Positions 37,353 through 45,950 of a DNA stretch of 64,000 nt are shown in pieces (positions within the stretch are counted from its first letter, which is position 1; the number at the start of each line of letters is the position of its first letter). The stretch lies in the NCBI GenBank assembly GCA_013336275.1, contig JAAXUA010000001.1, forward strand, positions 142,167-206,166, written 5' to 3'. The translations under genes and the position numbers were made by a program. Origin of the DNA: Candidatus Falkowbacteria bacterium. GTDB taxonomy: Bacteria > Patescibacteriota > Patescibacteriia > Patescibacteriales > GWE2-39-37. Below the pieces are notes generated by a model. The model saw only the letters and a program-made list of their open reading frames with translations, ran no database searches and was not told the DNA's origin.

Positions 37353-38498
37353 ATGGCCAAAGTAGTCCAAAAAATCAAGCAGACCGCTGCCGCCGCCGCT
37401 CGTTTGGGCGAGCCGGATTGGCCGCTCTTGGCCATCGCCTCGGCAATCATCCTTTTCGGGCTGATCATGCTGACCAGCGCTTCAGGCACCTTGGCCTACT
37501 CCCGCTATAACGACGGCTATTATTTCATCAAGCATCAGATTTACGCCCTGGTCATCGGCATCGGTCTCTTTTTCTTTTTTTACAAGAACGACTATCATCG
37601 CTGGCAGAAATATGCCTTCTATCTGCTGTTGTTTTCGATCGCTCTCCTGATCCTGGTTTTCATACCAGGGCTGGCCTCTTCAGCTAATTTCAAAGCCCAT
37701 AGCTGGATCAATATTTTCGGTTTTTCCTTGCAGCCCTCGGAATTCGTCAAGCTTTTTTTCTTGATTTACCTGGCGGCCTGGCTTGAATCGGTCGGCAAGA
37801 AGATGGATGATTTTTCCCAAGGGACCGGTCCTTTTCTGGCGGTTCTCGCCGTCATCGCTTTCCTGATGCTGATGCAGCCGGATTTCGGCACCCTATCCAT
37901 AATCATCGTCACCTCTTTTGCGGCTTGGTTCGTCGGCGGCGGCAAGATCAGCCATATTGTCGCCCTGGTCGCTATTGGGATCTTGGCCGTGGTGTTGATG
38001 GTCAAGTCATCAGACTATCAGGCCGACCGCATCCAGTGCTATCTCAACCCGGAAAGCGATTCGCAAGCCTCCTGCTATCAGCTCAATCAGTCGCTGATCG
38101 CCGTCGGTTCCGGCGGTTTATTCGGCCGCGGCTTCGGTGCTAGCCGCCAGAAGCTGATGTATCTGCCTGAAGTTTCGGGTGACGCTATTTTCCCGGTCAT
38201 CGGCGAAGAGCTCGGGTTCGTCTTTTCCGTCGGCTTGATCCTGCTTTTCCTGGGCTTCTTCTACCGCGGCTACATCATTGCCAAGAAAGCGCCGGACCAA
38301 TTCGGGCGGGTGATCGCCATCGGCATCGCCTGCTGGCTGACCTTTCAGGCTTTCATTAATATCGGCGGGATGATCAATCTGATTCCGATGACCGGCGTGC
38401 CGCTGCCGTTCATCTCAAGCGGCGGCACGGCCATCATGGCCGGGTTAGCTGCCCTGGGGCTACTTCTGAATATCAGCCGCCAGACCAAAGCCAGATAG
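37353..38498 (+). CDS. ftsW: SEDS-family peptidoglycan polymerase FtsW/RodA
   Basis: ATG at 37353 (MAKVVQ...). Motifs FSLQPSEFVKL, PDFGT and LPFISSGGT. Position mraY-ftsW-murG. Confidence 0.8.
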   Translation: MAKVVQKIKQTAAAAARLGEPDWPLLAIASAIILFGLIMLTSASGTLAYSRYNDGYYFIKHQIYALVIGIGLFFFFYKNDYHRWQKYAFYLLLFSIALLILVFIPGLASSANFKAHSWINIFGFSLQPSEFVKLFFLIYLAAWLESVGKKMDDFSQGTGPFLAVLAVIAFLMLMQPDFGTLSIIIVTSFAAWFVGGGKISHIVALVAIGILAVVLMVKSSDYQADRIQCYLNPESDSQASCYQLNQSLIAVGSGGLFGRGFGASRQKLMYLPEVSGDAIFPVIGEELGFVFSVGLILLFLGFFYRGYIIAKKAPDQFGRVIAIGIACWLTFQAFINIGGMINLIPMTGVPLPFISSGGTAIMAGLAALGLLLNISRQTKAR

Positions 38499-38502
38499 TT
38501 TT

Positions 38503-39585
38503 ATGCCAAAGAATAATTATAAAATATTGCTTGCAGGCGGTGGGACGGGCGGTTCAGTCAGTCCGCTTTTAGCTATCGCCGAGACTTTGCGCAAGTCGGG
38601 CGATGAGTTCGAATTCATCTGGCTGGGCGGGCGCGGCGGCATCGAGGAGACCATGGTCAAGCGCGCCGGAATCGGTTTCCAACCGATCCGTAACGGCAAG
38701 CTGCGGCGTTATTGGTCGTGGCACAATGTCGTCGACCCTTGGCTCATCCTTTTCGGCCTAGTCGAGTCGTTTCTTTTCATGAAAAAGTGGCGCCCAGGAC
38801 TGATCGTCACCGCCGGGAGCTATATCAGCGTTCCGGTCGTCTGGGCAGGCAGCCTTTTGAAAATACCGATCATCGTGCACCAGCAGGATCTGCGCCCAGG
38901 ATTGGCCAATCGCCTGATGTCGCCTTTTGCCGCAGTCATTACTGTAACTTTTGAGAAATCACTTGCCGACTTCAAGGAGAAGGCCCAATGGTTCGGCAAT
39001 CCGCTTCGGCAATCATTCATCTCTGCGGGCAAGAATGCTCCGTCAAAGGTACCGGCGAAGTCCGGACTGCCTTCACTCTTGGTCTTGGGCGGCGGTACCG
39101 GAGCGGAAGCCTTGAATGTCTTGATCGAGGAGTCGGCCCCGTTGCTAGCGGAGTTCTGCCAAGTGCTGCACGTCACGGGACCGAACAAGAATACCGCCAC
39201 GACCGCGGCGCGCAAGCACTACCGCTCCGTACCGTTCCTTAACGAGAAGGAAATGGCCGAGGCCTGTGCTTCGGCTGATCTGGTCCTGACCCGTGCCGGA
39301 ATCGGGACCCTTTCCGAATTAGCCTATCTTGGCAAGCCGGCTCTGATCGTGCCGATGCCAGGCACTCACCAGGAGGATAATGCGGAATTTTTCCGCGACG
39401 CTCACGCCGGAGCCGTCCTGGACCAGCGGCAGTTGACGCCGGAGCTCCTAGCGACCATAATCAAAGAATCGATCAACGACCAAGACCTGCTCCAGGAGCT
39501 TGGCGGCAACATCAGCCGCTTAGCCAAGAGGGACGCTAACGAAACGTTCGCCAAAGCGGTCAAGTCGCTGGCAATAAGGACTTAA
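38503..39585 (+). CDS. murG: UDP-GlcNAc:lipid I N-acetylglucosaminyltransferase
   Basis: 360 aa. Motifs AGGGTGGSVSPLLAIA, VLGGGTGAEALN and TRAGIGTLSELA. Confidence 0.9.
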   Translation: MPKNNYKILLAGGGTGGSVSPLLAIAETLRKSGDEFEFIWLGGRGGIEETMVKRAGIGFQPIRNGKLRRYWSWHNVVDPWLILFGLVESFLFMKKWRPGLIVTAGSYISVPVVWAGSLLKIPIIVHQQDLRPGLANRLMSPFAAVITVTFEKSLADFKEKAQWFGNPLRQSFISAGKNAPSKVPAKSGLPSLLVLGGGTGAEALNVLIEESAPLLAEFCQVLHVTGPNKNTATTAARKHYRSVPFLNEKEMAEACASADLVLTRAGIGTLSELAYLGKPALIVPMPGTHQEDNAEFFRDAHAGAVLDQRQLTPELLATIIKESINDQDLLQELGGNISRLAKRDANETFAKAVKSLAIRT

Positions 39586-39593
39586 TCCGATAT

Positions 39594-41039
39594 ATGGATC
39601 TGGCAAGAATCAAAAAAGCATACCTGATCGGGATCAAGGGCGTCGGCATGACGATGCTCGCTCAGTTTTTGGCTGAGCAGGGAATCGAGGTTTCTGGCAG
39701 CGACGTCAAGGAGACGTTCATGACAGACGCCATTTTAGGGCGTCTGGGCATCCGGGTGCATGAAGGCTTCAGCGAAGCGAACGTGCCGGCGGATGCTGAC
39801 CTGATCATCTATTCGACAGCTTACAATAGCAAGACCAACCCCGAATTGGCCAAGGCGGTCATCGGCAAGACGAGATCGATTCCGTACGCAGTGGCACTTG
39901 GAGAAATTTTCAACCAGAAATACGGCATCGCAGTGGCCGGTTCGGCCGGCAAGACCACGACCACAGCCTGGCTGGGGTATCTCCTTAATCGGAGCGGCTT
40001 TGAGCCGAACGTATTAGTCGGAGCTAATGTGCCGCAATTCAACGGCGCCAGCTTGGTCAGCCGTTCCGATCTCATGCTGATCGAAGCCGATGAATACCAG
40101 AACAAGCTTCAATACTTCCAGCCCAAGGCGGTGCTTTTGAACAATATCGATTACGATCATCCCGATTATTTTCCGACATTGGAATCATATCAGCGAGTCT
40201 TTCTTGACTTCATCCAGAAGATTCCGCGCAAGGGCTTTCTGGTGGCTAATTTCGATGACGACTTCATCCGCCGGACAGCTCGTGTCAATTGCCACGGCCG
40301 GGTTATCGGCTACGCCATCGATCAGCCAGCCGACTATGTCGCCTACGACATTCGCTCGGCCGGCGGCCGGCAATATTTCAAAGTCCGTATGGCGGCACGC
40401 GAAGATGATCCGACTTTCGCCGATCCGTCCCATAACCATGATCACGCCGAAGCCGCTTCGGAGCTGGGTGATTTCAGAATCTCTTTGGCTGGCCGCCACA
40501 ACATCAGCAACGCCTTGGCGGTCATCGCTGCCGCCATCGAGCTGGAGGTGCCGCTTCTGGACATCCGCCGCTACATCGGCGAATTCACCAGCACCAGCCG
40601 ACGCATGGAATTGATGGGGGAGTATCGCGGCGTCCCGATCGTGGATGATTATGCGCACCATCCGGCCAAAGTAAAGGCCGCCCTCGATGGTATCCGCCAG
40701 CTTTATCCCAAGGAGCGTTTGGTCGTCGTCTTTCATCCGCATACTTTTACTAGGACCAAGGCCCTGATTGACGAATTTGCCGCCAGCTTCGCGCCAGTAG
40801 ACGAGCTGGTGGTCCTGGATATCTACGGCAGCGCCCGCGAAGAACAGGGTGGTGTGTCGAGTCTCGACCTCATAGCCAAGATCAAGGATCTGCCCGAGCA
40901 GCCCAAGGCGGTCGTGCATCAGCCGAGATTGGAAGATGCCGAGCAGTATCTGCGCCAGACCGTCAAGAAAGGCGATGTCGTCCTCTTGATGGGGGCCGGC
41001 GACGTCTTCCGTGTCGGCGAGAAATTGGTGGGAAAATAA
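39594..41039 (+). CDS. murC: UDP-N-acetylmuramate--L-alanine ligase
   Basis: 481 aa. Motifs GIKGVGMTMLAQ, VAGSAGKTTTTAW and DDYAHHPAKV. Confidence 0.85.
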   Translation: MDLARIKKAYLIGIKGVGMTMLAQFLAEQGIEVSGSDVKETFMTDAILGRLGIRVHEGFSEANVPADADLIIYSTAYNSKTNPELAKAVIGKTRSIPYAVALGEIFNQKYGIAVAGSAGKTTTTAWLGYLLNRSGFEPNVLVGANVPQFNGASLVSRSDLMLIEADEYQNKLQYFQPKAVLLNNIDYDHPDYFPTLESYQRVFLDFIQKIPRKGFLVANFDDDFIRRTARVNCHGRVIGYAIDQPADYVAYDIRSAGGRQYFKVRMAAREDDPTFADPSHNHDHAEAASELGDFRISLAGRHNISNALAVIAAAIELEVPLLDIRRYIGEFTSTSRRMELMGEYRGVPIVDDYAHHPAKVKAALDGIRQLYPKERLVVVFHPHTFTRTKALIDEFAASFAPVDELVVLDIYGSAREEQGGVSSLDLIAKIKDLPEQPKAVVHQPRLEDAEQYLRQTVKKGDVVLLMGAGDVFRVGEKLVGK

Positions 41040-41067
41040 AAAAAGAGGGCGATATGGTATCGCCCTC
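41036..41067 (-). terminator. Intrinsic terminator (T-run on the minus strand, after the Crp/Fnr gene)
   Basis: GAGGGCGATA-TGG-TATCGCCCTC preceded on the plus strand by an A-run. Confidence 0.6.
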
Positions 41068-41088
41068 CTGAAGTCGCCATGGTTTTTC

Positions 41089-41739
41089 TTAAACGCATGG
41101 GATAATTCTCCGGCCGTCGAATTTGATCTGGCCGGTTTTTTTCAATGCCCCAAGTACCCTGGTGACGGTTTCGCGAGCCATGCCGCAGAGTTCGCCGATT
41201 TCCTCGTGCGTCAGGTTGATAGGGAGGTAAGTCGGGAGCTGCTTGTAGAAGTAGACCAGGAACTGGATGATGCGTTCTTTGGCATCGGCTTGGCTGAGAA
41301 TTCCCAGCTTGCGGTTAAGCTCCAGCTTTTCCGTGGCCTGCTGCTGCAGGAATTTCCAGAAGAGGTCGAGATTGCTTTCCAAGATCTGCCTGAAGTCGGC
41401 GGTTTTGATCCTGAGCATGATCGAGTATTCTCTGGTTTCCAGATCGAACGGCAGCGGCTTGCCTTCAAGGCTTGATTCGGCGAAAAAGTCGCCGGGCAGG
41501 TAGATGACGTTAATCAGTCTTTTCACTTCGCCATCGACGGGATAGGAGGTGGCTTTGACTGAGCCGCAGGTGAGGAAAGTGAGACAATCAGGGTTGTCGC
41601 CTTCGATGTAAAGCACTACCTTTTTCTCCTTCTTGATGAGGGTGAAATGTTTGGAAATCTCTTCCAGCTTTTCTTCGGATAGGCCGTTGAAGAGTGGGAC
41701 TTGCTTTAACGTCGGGACAATCGAGGTTGTTTTAGACAT
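41089..41739 (-). CDS. Crp/Fnr family transcriptional regulator
   Basis: 216 aa. N-terminal cNMP-binding-like barrel. C-terminal HTH THEEIGELCGMARETVTRVLGALKKTG. Confidence 0.8.
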   Translation of the reverse strand: MSKTTSIVPTLKQVPLFNGLSEEKLEEISKHFTLIKKEKKVVLYIEGDNPDCLTFLTCGSVKATSYPVDGEVKRLINVIYLPGDFFAESSLEGKPLPFDLETREYSIMLRIKTADFRQILESNLDLFWKFLQQQATEKLELNRKLGILSQADAKERIIQFLVYFYKQLPTYLPINLTHEEIGELCGMARETVTRVLGALKKTGQIKFDGRRIIPCV

Positions 41740-41961
41740 GGCGTCTCTCCTTTTTGTGGTAAGGAAGCGTTAGCCTCCTCTTTACAAATACAAAAGGAGG
41801 CCGCCCTCGTTACCGATGGGGTTGGGGTTGAAGTTTCAATGTCCGATGAAACACCTAAACTTAGCATATTTTAAAGAAAAAGTCAAGGCACCGATGAAGA
41901 GCTTTATTAATTTGCCGGATTAAGCTAGAATTAATCTATTATTACCTAATAATCGCGCAAA

Positions 41962-42906
41962 ATGAATATCGAGGAAAAAATCGATCGAAATATCACCCTA
42001 GCGCCTTTCACCACTTTCCGCATCGGCGGACAGGCCAAACTGTTCGTCCAGGCCGATTCGCCCGAGGAAATTGTCGAGGCGATCCGTTGGGCCAAAGCCA
42101 ATAATGAGAAGTTTTTCGTGCTCGGAGGCGGCAGTAACCTGCTTATCAGCGATAACGGGTTCGATGGCTTGATCATAAAATATAACTTTCAATACCTTTT
42201 TCGGGAAAATAATATCATCGAGTGCGGCGGCGGGCTGCCTTTAGCCAGGGCCTGCCTGAGCGCCCAGCGTCACAGCTTTTCCGGGTTAGAGTGGGCTGTC
42301 GGCGTCCCAGGAACGGTCGGTGGGGCCGTTCGGGGCAATGCCGCCTGTTTCGGCTCAGAAATGGCAGCATTAGTGACGGAAGTCAGCGCTTTTGACCCGG
42401 AAACAGACAAGATATACCAGTTGACCAAGGATGAGTGCGGTTTCAGCTACCGCAGCAGCATTTTTAAGGAGAAGGGCATCGTCATATTAAGCTGCAAGCT
42501 GCAGTTGGCGGCCGGAGATGCGGAGCAGATAAGGCAGAAGATCGAGGATGTGGTCAAACGGCGGTCGGAGCAGCAGCCTAAATACTTCAGTGCCGGCAGC
42601 GTCTTCAAAAATGTCCCATTGTCGGAGGTTAATAACCCGGAATTGATCGAGGAGGCTAAAAAAGAGAACAAAATCTCCGGTGCCGGTCCAGGCGGCCTGC
42701 CTGCTGCCTGGCTGATCGAGAAACTCCACTTCAAAGGTAAAGAAGTCGGCGGCGCTCGGGTCAGCGACCTCCATGCCAACTTCATTATCAATAAGCAGGG
42801 AAAGGCGACGGCTGAAGATGTGATCGTTTTGATGAGCTTGATCAAGCAGAAAGTGCGTGTGGAATTCGAAGTGCAGCTCAAAGAAGAAATCACCTATCTC
42901 AATTAA
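41962..42906 (+). CDS. murB: UDP-N-acetylenolpyruvoylglucosamine reductase
   Basis: 314 aa. Motifs FTTFRIGGQAKLF, VLGGGSNLL, GVPGTVGGAVRGNA and SAGSVFKN. Confidence 0.9.
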   Translation: MNIEEKIDRNITLAPFTTFRIGGQAKLFVQADSPEEIVEAIRWAKANNEKFFVLGGGSNLLISDNGFDGLIIKYNFQYLFRENNIIECGGGLPLARACLSAQRHSFSGLEWAVGVPGTVGGAVRGNAACFGSEMAALVTEVSAFDPETDKIYQLTKDECGFSYRSSIFKEKGIVILSCKLQLAAGDAEQIRQKIEDVVKRRSEQQPKYFSAGSVFKNVPLSEVNNPELIEEAKKENKISGAGPGGLPAAWLIEKLHFKGKEVGGARVSDLHANFIINKQGKATAEDVIVLMSLIKQKVRVEFEVQLKEEITYLN

Positions 42907-42961
42907 AAAAACTTTTAATATTAGTAAAAAACAGCACCACTATTCGGGGCTGTTTTTACTA

Positions 42962-42990
42962 TTGACTAATGTGAAATAATGTGCTATATT
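42962..42990 (+). promoter_or_regulatory. Sigma70-like promoter with extended -10
   Basis: TTGACT (42962-67), 17-nt spacer, TGcTATATT (42982-90). About 110 nt upstream of the 43100 ATG. Confidence 0.5.
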
Positions 42991-43099
42991 ATGAAAACTA
43001 AAATAATAACTGACGATTTAGTCAAATGTTTTGGTTTTCTTTTTTGTTTAAATAATCACAAGAAGAAAGATTGAGCTTGTCCGATTTTTCTAAGCTAAT

Positions 43100-44341
43100 A
43101 TGGAAAATAATCCCAACCAGAGCGCATCTCTCGACGGAAAATCTATTCTCGACCAGATTCTCACCAACAACCAGGCCGAACAAGTGGCGCGGTTGGATGC
43201 TATTGAGATTACGGAGAACCTTCTCTCCCAGCTTAACGATCGCGAACGCGACGTTCTGTCCCGCCGTTTCGGTCTCCATGGCAGCGAAAAGGAAACCTTG
43301 GAGAACATCGGTGCTGTGCACAAGCTGACCCGCGAGCGTATCCGCCAGATCGAGACTTCCAGCGTCAAAAAGCTCCGTGCTTTGAAAAATTTGGAAGAGT
43401 TCATCATCAGCCTGCGCCGCACGATCAATCAGCTTTTGGAAGAGCATGGCGGCTTGATGGAAAAAGAATACCTTCTCAACAATCTCGTCAACTTTTCGGC
43501 TGGCGGGTTCCGCAACAAGCCTGAAGAGGCTGGTCTGCACAAGAATCACCTCGATTTTCTGATCTCACGTCTGCTCCATGATCATTTCGAGGAAGTCAAA
43601 AGCTCGAAGCAGTTCAAGGAAGCCTTCAAGCTTAAACACCAAACTTTGGATCATTTAGAGGAATTGGCCCAGGATTTAGTGCTTAAAATCAAGGAGGCGA
43701 AGCGTTTGTTCGCTACTGACGAACTGATCGGCACCATCAAGGATCTCGATTCGTTCCAGAAATATCAGGACAAATTCAATCTTATCTATAATCTGGATAT
43801 CTCCAATGTCCTTGGCGGCGACCTGTTTCAGGAAAATGCCGAGGTGGTCAACGCCAATAAGGCTCTCTATTCCTTGCTGCAGGCATCGAAGCAGATCGAG
43901 CAGAACAAGTTCGGCCAGTGGGGCATCGCTGATTGGCGCGAAATCAAGCCTAAGACCATCAATGACAAGATTTACCTCATATTGAAGAACGAAGGCAAAC
44001 CGTTGCATTTCGTCGATATCACCACCAGGATTAACCAGATCAACTTCGACGACAAGCCAGCCAATGCTGCCACTGTCCATAACGAGCTGATCCTTGATGA
44101 CAAGTACGTCCTGGTCGGCCGCGGCCTCTATTCCTTGAAGGAGTGGGGTTATAAGCAAGGGACCGTCCTTGATGTGATCAAGGAAATCCTGGCCCAGAAC
44201 CCGGAAGGCCTGACCCGCGACGAGATCATCGAAAAGGTCCTGTCTCAGAGGTTGGTCAAGAAGGCTACTATCATCCTGGCGCTGATGGATAAGAATATTT
44301 TCGATAAGGTGGATAACCGTTACATTTTGAAACAAGCATAA
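43100..44341 (+). CDS. Sigma-70 region-4-like HTH fused to a C-terminal HARE-HTH domain (no region 2 seen)
   Basis: 413 aa. N-terminal LNDRERDVLSRRFGLHGSEKETLENIGAVHKLTRERIRQIETSSVKKLR. C-terminal KIYLILKNEGKPLHFVDITTRI...YVLVGRGLYSLKEWGY resembles the RNAP-delta-type HARE-HTH. Confidence 0.65.
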   Translation: MENNPNQSASLDGKSILDQILTNNQAEQVARLDAIEITENLLSQLNDRERDVLSRRFGLHGSEKETLENIGAVHKLTRERIRQIETSSVKKLRALKNLEEFIISLRRTINQLLEEHGGLMEKEYLLNNLVNFSAGGFRNKPEEAGLHKNHLDFLISRLLHDHFEEVKSSKQFKEAFKLKHQTLDHLEELAQDLVLKIKEAKRLFATDELIGTIKDLDSFQKYQDKFNLIYNLDISNVLGGDLFQENAEVVNANKALYSLLQASKQIEQNKFGQWGIADWREIKPKTINDKIYLILKNEGKPLHFVDITTRINQINFDDKPANAATVHNELILDDKYVLVGRGLYSLKEWGYKQGTVLDVIKEILAQNPEGLTRDEIIEKVLSQRLVKKATIILALMDKNIFDKVDNRYILKQA

Positions 44342-44433
44342 GATACTTCCTGAAAAGAGCGCCAGAATCGGCGCTCTTTTCATTTGGCCTCAATTGAGGA
44401 ATCGTGGTAAAATAAAAACAAAGAACAAAGGAT

Positions 44434-45945
44434 ATGAATGGAGACATCGTATTGAATCTGCAACCGATTTACGACTTTCTGGCCCTGCCGCCCGATGAGA
44501 TGCTTTTGCGTTTCATGATCCTTTTCGGCTGGATCCCATTCGCCCTGACTTTCCTTTGGGGCATTCTGCAGGTTTGGGTCTATGAACGCCAGAATCAATT
44601 CGCCGCCAAGCAGAAGTTCATCTATCTGGCAATCGATGTTCCTCGAGGTAATGAGCAGTCGCCTAAGGCAGTTGAGAACCTCTTTACCTATCTGGCGGGC
44701 GCCCACGGCACCCTGAATCTGATAGATATTTTCTGGGAAGGCAAATACCAGCTCGGTTTCAGCTTCGAAATCGTCAGCATCGAGGGCTACACCCAATTCG
44801 TGGTCCGCACGCCCGAGGGCTTCCGTCATCTGGTCGAGACAGCTTTCTATTCCCAATATCCCGACGCGGAAATCACTGAAATCAATGATTATACGATCGG
44901 CATGCCTTCAGTTTTCCCGGATAATGAATACGATGTCTGGGGCGCTGAGTTCGTCCAGGTGAAACATTGGACCTATCCGATCAAGACCTACAAGGATTTC
45001 GAGCACCAATACGGACCGCCTGAGACGCATTTTCGCGATCCGATGGCCACCCTGATGGATCTCTGTTCCAGCTTGCACTCAGGCGAACAGCTCTGGTATC
45101 AGATCCTGGTCACTCCGACCGACTTCGAATGGGTCAAGAAGGGCGAGGAAGAGATATCGAAAATCATGAAGGAAAAGCCTAAATCCAAACCGTCGATTAC
45201 CAACAAGATTATCGATGAGGCATTGGGCTGGGTCGATGCCGGAGCCGGCACCACGCTGAAGCCAGGAGCGGCCGAGGTCAAGAAGGATGATGCCTTGAAG
45301 ATGATGGATCTGAAGCCGGCCCAGAAGAAGGCCGTCGAGGGTATCCAGGAAAAAATCAGCAAGATGGGCTTCAAGTTCAAGATGCGCATGGTCTACATCG
45401 CCAAGAAGGACGTTATGAACAAGCCCAAGGTCGTCAACGGCTTCGTCGGCTTCATCAAGCAGTTTTCATACAATGACATGAACAATCTTAAGCCGGACAT
45501 GGCAGTGACGGCTACTTCGACGGCGTACATGTTCAAGGATTCGCGGCTTCTGGCTAGAAAAAACCGCATCGTCAAGCGTTTCATGGGCCGCTCGGGCTAT
45601 GGCGCTCCGGCCGGGGTGATGAATTCCGAGGAACTGGCCACTTTGTGGCATTTCCCGATCGAGCATGTGGTCAAGGCGCCGCTCTTGCAGAAGGCGTCCG
45701 GCCGCAAAGCGGAGGCGCCGATCACCTTGCCGCTATCCGAACCGCCGACCGGCACGATCGTGCCGGATGAGATATTCCAAGTGATGGGTCGAGAAGCAGC
45801 AGCGGCACCCAAAGCTGAAGAGCGGGAAGCTGAAGGAGCAGAATTGAAGGAAGAAAACATATTTACCCTTGAACCTAACGAGCCGGAAAAATCGGTGGAG
45901 GTCGAAGACGATGACCAGCCGCCGATCAACCTGCCATTCGTATAA
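44434..45945 (+). CDS. Hypothetical membrane protein, partner of the downstream coupling-type ATPase
   Basis: 503 aa. N-terminal TM hairpin (LLRFMILFGWIPFALTFLWGILQVWVY). Large soluble body and an acidic tail. Stop lies 5 nt before the next start. Confidence 0.6.
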   Translation: MNGDIVLNLQPIYDFLALPPDEMLLRFMILFGWIPFALTFLWGILQVWVYERQNQFAAKQKFIYLAIDVPRGNEQSPKAVENLFTYLAGAHGTLNLIDIFWEGKYQLGFSFEIVSIEGYTQFVVRTPEGFRHLVETAFYSQYPDAEITEINDYTIGMPSVFPDNEYDVWGAEFVQVKHWTYPIKTYKDFEHQYGPPETHFRDPMATLMDLCSSLHSGEQLWYQILVTPTDFEWVKKGEEEISKIMKEKPKSKPSITNKIIDEALGWVDAGAGTTLKPGAAEVKKDDALKMMDLKPAQKKAVEGIQEKISKMGFKFKMRMVYIAKKDVMNKPKVVNGFVGFIKQFSYNDMNNLKPDMAVTATSTAYMFKDSRLLARKNRIVKRFMGRSGYGAPAGVMNSEELATLWHFPIEHVVKAPLLQKASGRKAEAPITLPLSEPPTGTIVPDEIFQVMGREAAAAPKAEEREAEGAELKEENIFTLEPNEPEKSVEVEDDDQPPINLPFV

Positions 45946-45950
45946 ACACT

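Noticed and set aside
40185-40919. 244-aa ORF antisense to murC. Similar long antisense ORFs: 484-1119, 1621-2346, 34217-35500, 36274-36783, 43022-44856, 45597-46286, 48536-49327.
   Set aside because: All lie inside confidently assigned genes on the other strand. They have low-complexity D/G/V/L/R-rich translations and lack start contexts. They are stop-poor antisense frames, not genes.
41740-41961. Possible riboswitch in the Crp/murB divergent region, and in the 62549-62683 leader
   Set aside because: Only generic hairpins are present. I could not recognise any conserved riboswitch core (SAM, TPP, FMN, c-di-GMP, fluoride, preQ1, ZTP). This is left for a cmscan check.
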